DNA of 64,000 nucleotides from Macrostomum lignano (lineage: Eukaryota). Positions within the stretch are counted from its first letter, which is position 1, and every line of letters starts with the position of its first letter. The notes beneath the pieces were generated by a model. That model made no database searches and was not told the origin of the DNA. It saw only the letters and a list, made by a program, of their open reading frames with translations. The DNA lies in assembly GCA_002269645.1 (NCBI GenBank), contig NIVC01000150.1, positions 1 through 64,000 on the forward strand. The letters run 5' to 3'. A program made the position numbers and the translations under genes. Below are positions 24,825 through 36,705 of the stretch, one piece after another.

Positions 24825-26999
24825 GTTAGTAGCAGGAAAAATGCTTGCAAATGATCTGTAAAAAAATTCACGGCAAATCTCTTTAATTGGGAAATTTTCT
24901 GTGACCTAATGTACCTGATGACTGGGTACTTTGCTTGTAAGCAGTCTATTATGCATTTTTCAACTAAAATATACGGGTGGAATGATAAAATTAAATGAAG
25001 AAAACAAAAGGTGGACGGATTTAATTGAGCAAATCAAAAAAATCTTTTTTTCTGATAAAATTTCTTCTTTTTGTTTACGCTGCAAACAAGATACTGCTGC
25101 AATAAAACTGTTAATAATATCTCATATTTTGAAGCAGACTTGGAGCAGTAGCAGTACTTTAATAATTGAATAAAGATAAACAATAGACAAGGAATCTTGC
25201 ACAACAAAGACAAGAGAACAGATTCACGATATAACACAGCGATTTGCAACAAAGACCAGAGTAGTAGTATGCAGCGATAAGGAAACACCATTGTCCTTCA
25301 AGAAGCAAAAATTACTGTCGTATTTTCAAAAGACAAATATAATGGAAGACAACGTACTGCAACATGTAATACAGATAAAGGAGTTTAAACAAAGCAAGTT
25401 AGTTCGACTGCACTGCTGTCACACAACTGAAACACTATTGGTTATGGAATATATTGTAGACTATGACAACATTTGCGGGAAACACAAAAGATTGGCCCGA
25501 TCTCTAATTAGGTTTATCTGATAATGTTATACCCTTGACAAAATAAGGCCTTTTTAAAGCCAGTAATATCAGACAAGACAAACATCGGACCAAATGCCCT
25601 TTAACGGACAAACAAAGACAAAAACACTCAAGTAGACAATAATTTAAAACTTGGAGATTGCAACAGGGACAAAATAAAATAAAATAAAAATTATGCAAGG
25701 AAGCACCACAACACTGGAGCGAAGTTAGTTTTAAGTAACAGTTAATGGGGCCGAACTGACATTAGCTGGTAATTTGGACAACTTAATAAACAATAGCAAG
25801 ATTAGCTAAAAGTACATGTACTGTGTAGTTTTACACCTGAAGCGAAACTGATAAGCTGGGAATGAGCTTAAGAAAGATCAAAGGTCAAAATGGCAAACAG
25901 ATATAATGCTAAAACCAGTGTTTAACATCCCAAATAAAGCGGGATTCATTTAGGCGGGAATTCAAACTTAAATTTGGTTTAATTAGTTAGTGTACGCGGC
26001 AAGGACTACTCGACTAGAAGGACGGCAACCTACGTTCCTTAAAAATGTTAAGGAGGCTGGTTTTAGCTGATATTTATATACACTACGGAGATAGGAAGTT
26101 ATCATATTTTCAGTACAAAAATTGTTATTGCTTTTGATAGGAGGCAGACCCGATGTTCATCTTTTGATATGTTGTGCCTTTGTTATGGCTCCATTGATAT
26201 TCATAAAACTGTTCGTTCAGAAAATTAAGATTCGATTTTAATTGTTTATTCTACGTACATTTGTACATGTCCTGTGTCTGTGTCCTTTTCGGCAAAAACC
26301 AGCTTTTGTAACATTTACTAAGAAACTTAGCTCCCGTCCAAGTTGAGTAGTGTTTGGTACGCGCATGTATAATCGGTTAGTAAAGATGCACATAAAATAT
26401 GGATCTGATAAATATGTCAGAGGAATATTTTATAAAATTGCAAAGTTATAAGACGCTAATTAGCCAATTAGCCAAAAACTCTAACAGGTTTGGTCTCTGA
26501 GCAGTGCTAAGTATGCGCAATGTATAATTTTTTTTAACATTTTATTGAAAATTTAGCCCAATTCAATTCTCAGATTTGGAATGGCTGAACAACAAAACTA
26601 ACAATTATGTGTACTTTAACAAACGAACGCAATTCAAACAGTGCATACGATAAGAAAGAGACTAAGTAAAGCAAATTAAATAACTCATCCACCCGCGACA
26701 ATATAATGGAAATATCTGTGTGCATAATCTCTAGTCATAATTCGCGATTTGAGAATATATGAATAAAAAAACAAAATAACCGCTTAAACGCATTTTTATT
26801 GGCGAGACGCAAAGTAGTTGCTTCTAATGGCAGAAATAACACCGTCAACAAATTAAGAGGACGAGAAAGTTTTAACAAAGTGCACGCGAAACTAATCTTA
26901 ATAGGCGGTTGGCAAATAAATGATGTTGGACTAGAATTTGCTTGAAATGGTCTGCAGTAGATGTGTTGGAATAGATAGCATCGTAATTAATATAATATA

Positions 27000-27644
27000 C
27001 AAAGGCTGCTAGCTGGGATAGTGATCATTTGGGCACTACTTTCTACAACAGCATCCAAATTGCCTAAAGGAGCAGGTAGTTTAAGGAAAAACTATCAATG
27101 GTCTAGATGAGTTTTGATTTTTTTCTAGCACTTTTGTTAGCTGAGTTATGGCCCATCACGTAGTGATATCTATGGCCATAAATTGCGATTTCACTAGCTG
27201 TAGCTGCAGGTGACAGATCGCCAGACATGTCACCCTGCGACTACAGAGTATTTTGCGCATTCAAGCAGCTCATGCGGGGTCGAGTGCTTGGCATTCCCTT
27301 ACATTGAGGGAATGAAGGAGGAGGATTGCGATGATTGTGATGACATTTGATTCTTTTGCTTGAGATGTTTCAAGAACGGTTGTGTCCCCGTTTGACCCCT
27401 GACCCTCCAATCCTAGTGGCTTGAAACTTTTATCTTTCAGCAGCTGGTGAAAATCGCAATTTATGGCCATAGATATCACCACGTGATGGGCCATAACTCA
27501 GCTAACAAAAGTGCTAGAGAAAAAAATCAACACTCATCTAGACCATTGATAGTTTTTCCTTTAACTACCTGCTCCTTTAGGCAATTTAGATACTATTGTA
27601 GAAAGTAGTGCACAAATGATCGTTATCCCAGCTAGCAGCCTTTG
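27000..27644. mobile_element. Non-autonomous Tc1/mariner element (MITE-like), ~200-bp TIRs, TA target duplication
   Basis: TA|CAAAGGCTGCTAGCTGGGATA...TATCCCAGCTAGCAGCCTTTG|TA. Arms ~27000-27198 and 27441-27644. Spacer encodes SPDMSPCDYRVFCAFKQLMRGR (27218-27283), matching the mariner YSPDLAPxDY motif. Confidence 0.85.
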
Positions 27645-28038
27645 TAATATATAATATTGTTAAAGCCAATTGAGCCCTAGAAGAAGGCAGTTCGATCCTT
27701 GGCGGGAGATTCAAGTTAGCTTTTCACTGTCTATGGCCCAAAAGGGGGTCTGTGGATCAACCAATCTGATAATTTGGTCGCGCAAATCACCCATTAATAG
27801 CATTTAGCATAGCATCTTCTGGAAGTGAAAGCTTTTGGGGGTCTTTACAACAGCTGCTCTTAAGCAACTCATAAGTAAGCTTAATGAATGTTTATCGAAT
27901 TCAACTTTTGTGGATTTGTCCGTTAGGGAGAATTCCAAGATCGCAATATTCAATTCAATATCTGGAACTATTCCAACACGTATTTCAAACAGCGCCTGGA
28001 GATAACAATAAAATTATACGCGTAGAGAACAATCCGCC

Positions 28039-29361
28039 CTAAACGTAGCGATATGGCGGATGCCCGTCGCCTCGCCGCTGCTGGTCGGACTGATGACCGC
28101 GGAACACGGAGCCATTTTTAGCGGCGCGCGATTCAGCCTCCAGCGTCATCACCGGGATCACCATAGACGGTGATGCGTGCAAAGCAGACGGATCGTTATT
28201 GATCATGTCGGCGTCGGACTTCACGTACGGCAGCAGTTTGATGCGCTGAGCCTCGCGATTCTGATCGTATTTGGCTTTGTTATAAAGCAGTACGCCAAGA
28301 ATGGCCATGCCCATGCCAACACAGTTGGCCGTAGTGACGGGATTTTGTAGTATCACAAGAGACATTAGGATCACGGCGATGCGTTTGCTAGCATTGGCCA
28401 CGGCATACGATAGCGGAGTGACCAATGCGATCATGGTGAACGCGATCACGTTCTGGGCAAAGTTAAGAAAGCCGTCCAGCAGTAAAAGGCCAACTACCCA
28501 AGTCCAATCTGTGCCGCCCATGGAGTCCCAGTTCGATAGGACGTAGCGAACGTCAAATATTAGCCAGACAGGCAGAAACAAGAGACAGGAGATTCTGGCC
28601 AACACCAATAGCAAGCGAATGTGATGCATTCGAGTCTCTTTAAGACACTTCTTTGAGAACACGTTCTGCAGAGAGAAAGCCAAAGTAGCTAACAGTGCGC
28701 TAAGCAAGCCAGTAATGTCGAAGCTGAGCTCAGTTAGTGTGGCAATAATTACTCCAGTGACTATTGGCGTTAACGACAGGTACACTAGCCAAGTCTGGCG
28801 TTCGCGCAAGATAATTCTAGACAAGAATACAACAAATATTGGCATAGAAGCTTTGACTGTGTGCGCGTAGCTAATCGGCACCTTCCAGATCGATATGTGA
28901 GCCGACACGGCGGCAATGAATTTGCCAAATGCCAACGGAACAATCATAGTGGCGTAATAGCGCCAGCCTATTAAATTCCATCGCACTGGCGGCACGCGCC
29001 AATACATGGCCAGCGGCTGGCTAAACAGAGCAGTTGATAACAACTGGAACAGCGTGGCCGTGGCCGGATAGGGATAATAAGTTAGCAGACTCTTCCCAAT
29101 TATGTTATTGGTTGAGCTGACTGTGTACCAGCACAGGCACAGGAACAATACTTTGCAGCACAGCATAGCATTGTCCTTGTCGCAGCCCGCATCGTCTTCG
29201 GCATCGCCGCCGCCAGGGTGCTGCGAAACCATCGGGACTGAGTGCTTTGCTCCGCCACGCCTGTCCTCAATGTCGCTCTCGGATAGGTCCGGCATCTCGG
29301 CATCGTCGCCATCAGAGATGGTCCGCGATCGGCCAAAGCGGGCCTTTTTAAATACCGGCAT
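28039..29361 (-). CDS. SLC35E1: Solute carrier family 35 member E1-like (triose-phosphate/nucleotide-sugar transporter family), intronless, ~440 aa
   Basis: Single ORF, first ATG at 29361. Multi-TM pattern with LCWYTVSSTNNIIGK, WKVPISYAHTVKASMPIF, QNVFSKK and SYAVANASKR, typical of SLC35E1. Confidence 0.9.
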   Translation of the reverse strand: MPVFKKARFGRSRTISDGDDAEMPDLSESDIEDRRGGAKHSVPMVSQHPGGGDAEDDAGCDKDNAMLCCKVLFLCLCWYTVSSTNNIIGKSLLTYYPYPATATLFQLLSTALFSQPLAMYWRVPPVRWNLIGWRYYATMIVPLAFGKFIAAVSAHISIWKVPISYAHTVKASMPIFVVFLSRIILRERQTWLVYLSLTPIVTGVIIATLTELSFDITGLLSALLATLAFSLQNVFSKKCLKETRMHHIRLLLVLARISCLLFLPVWLIFDVRYVLSNWDSMGGTDWTWVVGLLLLDGFLNFAQNVIAFTMIALVTPLSYAVANASKRIAVILMSLVILQNPVTTANCVGMGMAILGVLLYNKAKYDQNREAQRIKLLPYVKSDADMINNDPSALHASPSMVIPVMTLEAESRAAKNGSVFRGHQSDQQRRGDGHPPYRYV

Positions 29362-29887
29362 TAAAGTATTGGCTGGCAATAAGATAGGATTGTTGGGAAT
29401 TAATTGGCAGTTAAGCACAGTAGTTAGTTAGAAGAGATTTAGTATATTGTGATAATCAACTGTGCCAAGTAAGGCACCTTCTAGTTGCATTTTATCTTTT
29501 AAGAATAAGAATCATTTTAGGATAGGCTGTTCAACATTAGTAGACAGACTAATCCATAAACTACTAACGTTGCTACTCATAGTAATACACTACTACTTCT
29601 CTAATAAGTAAAATTTTTGACTTATTTTTATGTCAAGCTGCTTATTTAATTTATTTTGTATTGAAGGGGGCAATTTTTTAAAATTTATTAAATAATTTCT
29701 AAATCAGATTTTGAGGCACATTGACTAATCATCTTTTGCTAATTTGACAATTTAAAACAATTTCTAATATAATTTTAAAGTCATATATTTTTAACATTGA
29801 TAGTAAAATAATAAACCTAATTTCTATTATAATTTCCTTAAACTTTCAAATTTTAGATAAAAGCTATAAAAAGCTGTATGGTTTTTT

Positions 29888-30241
29888 TATTAGAGGCAGG
29901 GGGGTTGTGTGCACCCTGGCGCACTTTAGGCAACATAGGCACACAACCGGCGAGAGGCATTACTGCCCATTCCGCTGACTCCCCTGAGCAGGCATACAAG
30001 TGCGCGGATACGTTACGCAGGCACACACTCACACAGGAGTGTAAAGCGGCCCTAACTTTATCAATTGTTAGGCATGTACACTTTACTGCGCCTTGGGGGG
30101 TTGGCTCTTAAGGCCATTAATTGCACAAGCGAGCCAAGCCGAAATTCCAATTCAGCCCCAAATTAATATGGCTGCACTTGGAATCGAGCCTGGGTTGCAG
30201 CACACCAGAGCAGCTGCGCTACCGCTGGGCTACGGCCCCCC
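29888..30241 (-). mobile_element. tRNA-derived SINE, ~354 bp, with 17-bp TSD
   Basis: Minus strand starts GGGGGGCCGTAGCCCAGCGG (A-box-like), has GCTCGATTCC (B-box-like) and ends in an A-rich tail. AAGCTGTATGGTTTTTT is duplicated at 29871-29887 and 30242-30258. Confidence 0.85.
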
Positions 30242-30752
30242 AAGCTGTATGGTTTTTTAACTTTTAGCAAAAGTAGGTAACATATACTACTATTTTTAAG
30301 GATGATCATTGGATGCTGCTACTATAATATGATACTAGTTAAGATTTTTTACTCTCCTTAAAGGAAACAAAAGACAGCTGACCAGTAAGAACTATGCTAG
30401 CAAAATGTCACTTTGGACTTTCTGATTTTTCACCACCCTCAATATTATTTGCCATAACCTACTTGGCCTAACTAGTTCATTTTATAGAAAGGTTTTGCTC
30501 TATATGAGTTGATTTGAGTCAGTTTTATTTGTTGCTTCTATTACATATGACATACAACTAGTATCTTATTGTAGCTACAGATATGGCTATGGGAAGTTAT
30601 AGATATATAGTATTTTAGATAGAACATATATAACTAGTATGGCTATAGAAATGCATAGTTCAAATATCTCATTTTCATATTTAATGATATTGAGGCTACT
30701 TAATTAATAGCTGAGACCTCCATTAAATATAAGCACAATGTATAGTTTAAGT

Positions 30753-31053
30753 CAAGGGTAAGCAAACTGTTTACTTTAAGGGCCAGATGGAGAAACTAGA
30801 GCATGACTGCAGGCTGGAACAGGGAAGAGAGAGGAGAGGGAATGAAGAAAAGATAAGGGAGATAAAAAAGAGAGATGAAAAAACAAAGAAGACTAGAGAG
30901 AGGAGAGATGAGATTAGAGAGAGCAATGCTGAGAAGAGCTATAAATGTTTAGCAAACTAGATTGTTACTATGAGGTTTCAAAGGACCCAAGGGCCAGACA
31001 GAGAGGCTTTGCAAGCTGCATGTGGCCCATGGGCCAAAGTTTGCCAACCCTTG
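30753..31053. mobile_element. hAT (Charlie-like) MITE
   Basis: TIRs CAAGGGTAAGCAAACT / AGTTTGCCAACCCTTG (14/16 match); 8-bp TSD GTTTAAGT / GTTTAGGT. Confidence 0.75.
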
Positions 31054-33540
31054 GTTTAGGTAATAAGACTTAAAGTTAAGAAAAGATAAATTTCTATTAG
31101 TAAATGGCAATTAAAACATTGCTATAATTCTATACTTCACTATTATAAGAAATTAAAAAAAACAAATTGTATACTAAATAATAATATATTGAGCAGTCAA
31201 AAAGCTTTTTTAAGAATTAGAGTTATAGTAACCTTTTGAGATTCTACATTAAAATTCTAATTTGCCAAATTAAAAACCAATATGCCAAGCTATTTATAAT
31301 AAGGATAGGCACCAAAGTCATATAGCCTATGCCACAGGAGCTTCTGGTGCATACAAGGGCCCTTAATACACTTAGTGCATATAAGGAGTCCCTGATACAC
31401 TTGGTATATAATCATGGCATATATTTAGATTTCAATGCATGCAGTGCACTTCTTTAGTGATTTATTATAAAGCACAATTATTTGCTAAACAAACTTACTT
31501 CTTTAATATATAATTTTCATGTATATTGTAAGTTTTAATAGCTATTAGAAATATTGATGAATAAAAATTTAAATAAAAGGTTGCTATCTAGCTATAGGTT
31601 CAAAAAGGAAGATAATATTAAAAATAGTAGATTAAGATTACAAAAAAGTTTTAGATTTTGCAGGTAGACATTGGATAAAGCAAAAAATCAGTTTTTAAAT
31701 GACTATAAAGGTTCTAAAAATAGACAAATAGAAGTCTATCAAATATAACACATTATATGCCTTTTTATATAACATTTTAATTTTTTTTTTCTTTTATAAT
31801 TCTTTGAAAAAATTAACATTTAACTAAGACATCAAGTTTTCAATGAAAAAGTATATTAATAAAAATGCTTAGTTGCCATTTGTTTTTTATAGTTTTTTAT
31901 AGGTTAGGGCACTTGAAATAGTATATAAATTGTGTGCAGATTGTCTCAAAAATATTATAGTGTATACTGTGCCATTTAATTGACTATGGGATAGACTTAG
32001 AAGGCAAAGATGCCATGGCCCTTTTTAAGTTGCAGTTTGCAGCCAAAAAATGTACAATACCTTTTTGGCCAATTATGCATATACACAAGGTGTCCCAAAA
32101 GTAATGTCACTATTGCTTTTTGCCATAAATAAGAATGCATGTTAATTTTTTATATTGGTTGAGTAAGTGGCTTATTTTAGCTTTCATTCACTGAAAGTCT
32201 GATCTTTGCATATACATCCTGCTCTAGGCAGCATGCATTTGTTTGCACACTCTTGACCATAGAAGTACACATGATGCAGTACTTTTATGCTTGTACAAAA
32301 GAATAGCATTTAGAGCAATGCAAATTTAGAATAAGAAGCAGCAGCAGCAGCAAGGCTTGATCTAGCCATGGAGGCTAATATTCACTTAGCAGAAGGGCAG
32401 AGACATACAATTTTTATACTCTGGAGTCTTGGCCAGAAATGCCCCAAAATTCATGACAACCTAACTTGTCTTTAGCTATATAGAAGACTTGTTGAATTAC
32501 CAAATTTGCCTAGATTATTGCCAAATTTGTCCATGTTAAAAACTCTCTACCCTAATTATATTTTAAGCCCCTGATTGACCTACTAAGACACAAAAAAGTT
32601 ATAATAAATTTTTCAATACCTAATTTGTCAACAGACCTAAAATTTAAGAAATGGGAAAATATTAAATTTGTTAACAGTTACAACAAGCTGAGCAAATTTG
32701 TTAACAACAAGACAAATTTACTAAAGTTTATTCTTTAAAGCTTAACACAAGCTTATTGTGCATACATAACCCAAAATCTAATAAATTGGGCAATTGATAC
32801 TATATACATAATACTATGGTCCGGGGTCATTTCATCTGCCACCTTTTTGTCTGCCAAAGAATTTTAGCAGACGAAACAACTTTTTTATTTATGTTTATTT
32901 TGGTTCACTTATTTAGTATTTTAATTTATGTAGGGAATTAAAATAAATTAGTATAAGCAAGTTTTAAGTATGTTTTCTTATTTATATTGATACATTTTGT
33001 TTTTCCTGATACAGGACGAACAATGCCATTGAGGGATGGCACTCGGGCCTGCGCAAGCCTGCTGGTGTCTGCATGAACGTTTTTGCCCTCATCGGTGTCC
33101 TGGCGATCGAGTTTACATTTTCTGTGCCTACAATTTTGATTGCTCCTTTCATTTTACACTTTGTGCATTTAAGCTAGTTGTATTCGTGAATAAATTGCAT
33201 ATGAGTTTACATACACAAAAAAAGAAAGTTGGAAGGAAACTAAATGGTTGGAGATATTTGCTTTTGGCTTTGTGTATTTATATGCAACATATTAGCTCCG
33301 GAACTTTCAGAAATATCCTAGCATTATAATAAATTATAAGTAATAAGACATTTACATTACACTTCCATGCGAAGCTTGATGACATAATTAGTTATTCCGA
33401 TTTATATATTATTTTATATGCAACATATTAGCTCCGGAACTTTCAGAAAAATCCTAGCATTATAATAAATTATAATTAATAAGACATTTACATTACACTT
33501 CCATGCGAAGCTTGATGACATAATTAGTTATTCCGATTTA

Positions 33541-36500
33541 TCTCTACATATAAAAATCAAAACTCTGTGTGTCTGTGTGTGGACAATTTTGATCGCTATG
33601 GACTCCCAAACCGCTCAACCAAATTACACCAAACTTTACACCCACCCTAAACTTACTACGGAGAATGTCTTAGGCTACCTTTTAATTTCCTAGACTCAAG
33701 TCTTCCTACCTAAAAGTACAAAAAACTGCTCAAAATGCGCGATTTTTCACTAAATCCTCCATAGCGCTGCTCCACTTCTATCGATTGTCTTCAAATTTGA
33801 CACAGACAATCTTAAACTATTTTGGCACAATCATGTAAAATTTCGAGTCTGAAAGTTAATCCTGAACGGCGCTATGCACTTTTAAAGTTTGGCTGTTTTT
33901 TCAGCGAGGCAGCCACCCCAACCTCCGCCTGCCTGCCTCTCTTTCCCGATCTGGGCCCAGATGTGTAAAAGGGTTTCAAAATTGACTAACTTTCAGCTGC
34001 CATAAGTTTGCTCCAAGTAAAGCGATTGACTTCAAACTTGACAAAATTCTTCATTGACTTATTTTCTGTCTAAATGTAAAGTTTCAACTCTCTAACTCAA
34101 TCAGAACAGAAACTGTAAACATGTAAAGTTTGTCTGCTTTTTCTGTTGTTTGTGCCACTCACTCACTCATTCCCCCAGAGCCAGACGAAGGGTCAGGTGA
34201 TAGGGCTCAATGTACATAGCGAGTGTACAGTGTTTTGGAATAACTTTTTAATAGCCCTCTCTGTACCCCCGGAGAGGCATGGAGAGGAGAGACAGTTTAG
34301 CGAGAGATTCAAACCACTGTCCTCTGTATAGACAAGTCTGCAGCAGTTTAACTGTGGATGGCAAATCAAGAGTCAAGGCGATGTGGGATGGTTTGTAAAA
34401 ATAGCGAAAAACTAATGAATAACTGTTTACAATGCAATCCTACTAAATTAGTTAGTTACACCATGAAGCTTTTAACATTAAGATTCGCATAAGGTAACTT
34501 TAAAATTTAAATGGCTTCTAAGAAATGCGTATTTTCTTGGTTGTTAGACTACTGCAGACTGTGGTGGTGGAGCTGGAGATACACAAATTCCTCTCAGGGC
34601 TGCTAATTGGCCAGAAAGATGCCGTGATTAAAGCATGAGATGAGAAATGATAACAATGATAGTACTATGTCCCACAAACTGGCTTTCAAAGCAGGGATCG
34701 GCAGATTTTTACCTGAACGGCCAGATAAAGAATCCAGCTCATGGCTGCGGGCTAGATGAGAGTGAAAAGGAAAAGGAATAGACTATTAGAAAGGGAGGAG
34801 GGGCGAGAGGGGGATAGAGAAAAGATAGAAGATATCAGGAGAGACGAGGGGGTGAGGAGAGAGCAGAGAATATGGGAGGAAGAAGCGAGAGAAGGAGAGA
34901 GAGGAGGGAGAGGAAAGAGTAGAGGTGAGAAGAGGGAGAGAGAAGAATGGAGAGAGGAGACATGATCAATGAGAGAGGAAAGTAGAGAAGAGTGAGAAGA
35001 GATGAGGAGAGATTAGAAAGGATAGAGAAGAGAGGAGATAAGAGGGGGAGAGAGGGGAAGAGAGAGGAGTGAGAAGAGAGGAGATAAGAGATGAGAGAGT
35101 TGAGAAAGAAGACAGGAGAAAGGAGAGATAATAGAGTAAAAGGAAGAGGAGGAGAGAGGAAAGAGATTATATTGCAGAGATGAGGGAGATGAAAGGAAAG
35201 ATGAGAGAGTAGAGATGGGAGATGAAGGAAGAGAGAGCAGAATACAGAGAGACAAGAGAAGAGAATAGAGGGGAGAGAGTATACAAGAGGGAAGAGAAGA
35301 GAGGAGTAGGAAAGAGAGGAGTCAGAAGAGGAGAAAGAAAGAGTACACAGGAGATAGGAGAGTAGAGACGATAGAAGAGAGAGGGGAATGAGAGAGCAAA
35401 GATGAGTGTGAACAAAGGATATATGAGAGGAGAGAGAAGAATGGAGAGAGAAGAGAGAAGACAAGAGAGGGAGAGAGTATAGAAGAGGGAAGAGAAGAGG
35501 CGAGAAGAAAGAAGAAAGGAAAGAGAGTCCTGAGTCAAAAAATGGGAAAGAGAAGAATACAAGAGGAGAGAGGTGAGAGAACATGAGAGTAAAAACGACA
35601 GATGACAGAAGGGAGATGAGATAGCGGAAACGAGAGTCAACAGACGAGAGATGGGAGAGTAGAGAGAAAAGAGGAAAGATAAGAAATAAGCGATGAGAGG
35701 TGGAGACAAGGGAGAGATGAGAAGTGAGTGAGGAGAGAGGAGGGGAGGGGAGAGAATCTGAGTGAGGAGAGAGGAGGGGAGGGAAGAGAATCTGAGTGAG
35801 GAGAGAGGATGGGAGGGGAGAGAATCTGAGTGAGGAGAGAGGATGGGAGGGGAGAGAATCGAGAGGCCAGGGGAAATTTGGTGTAAAGGAGAAGATAGGA
35901 GAGGAAAGAGGGGAGAGATTAGAGAGAAGAGAGATGAGAGGAGAGAGAGAAAGGGGGAGAGGAGAGAGCAGATAGAAATGAGAAAAGAGAAGACAGAGAA
36001 GATAAAAGAAGAGAAATGAGAGATAAGAGAGGAAAGAAGAGAAAACTGAGAGGTGAGGGAAGAGACGATAGAAGAGATGAGAGGAGAGAGTAGACAGAGG
36101 AGAGGAGAGAGTTGAGAGAAGAGAGGAAAAAGGAGAGAGGAGAGATGAGGGAAGTGTTGAGAGAGAGTACAGTAAAGAGTGAGAAGAGGGGAGAGGGAAC
36201 AGAGAGTAGAGAGCAGAGAGAAGAGAGAGCAGAGAAGAGAGAGTAGAGAGCAGAAAGAAATGAGAATAGATAAAAGAGGAGAAAGGGGATTTTTGAGATC
36301 AAAGACCAGAAAGAAGAGAGGAGGAAAGAGAAAATAATAGAGGGGAGAGGGAAGAGACGAGAGAAGAGGGGAGAGAGGAGAGAGGAGAGGTGAGAGACGA
36401 GAGAGAAGATAGGAAACAGAAGAGAAGATAGAAGTTTCAAAGGATACAAGGGACATAGGGAGAAGCAGAGGTAGAGGCCAGAGTTTGCCTGACATTCTGG

Positions 36501-36705
36501 GCAGCACCCCAGCTAATAATTTCAATATTTGCCACAAATCCTAATTTTACATGAATGTACTCTATTTTATTTTTAGCTCTATCCTAAATTACTAACTATT
36601 AATAAGTTTTTGTTTAAGTATGACTTCCGATTGTAGAATACACGCAAAAAAAGTTCCGGGGATTGGAGTTCCCCGGGTTCAAAATCCGCGGGTTTCAACA
36701 GCTTG
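33541..36705 (+). mobile_element. Helitron-like non-autonomous element nested in the MULE
   Basis: 5' TC after A; TCTCTACATATAAAAATC...TGTGTGTCTGTGTGT...AAACCGCTCAACC resembles Helitron/DINE-type 5' ends. The 3' end has a GC-rich imperfect hairpin, then CTTG followed by T. No TSD. Confidence 0.55.
34692..36499. mobile_element. hAT-like ends enclosing ~1.7 kb of aperiodic GA-rich sequence
   Basis: CAGGGATCGGCAGATTTT..GGCCAGAT and GGCCAGAGTTTGCC..CTG resemble the ends of the 30753 MITE; no TSD found. Confidence 0.4.

Noticed and set aside
23923-24861. Plus-strand 312-aa and 259-aa ORFs
   Set aside because: Antisense frames of the eIF4E N-terminal repeat exon.
34835-36537. Long Leu/Ser-rich ORFs on the minus strand
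   Set aside because: Stop-poor polypyrimidine strand of a GA-rich tract inside nested transposons.
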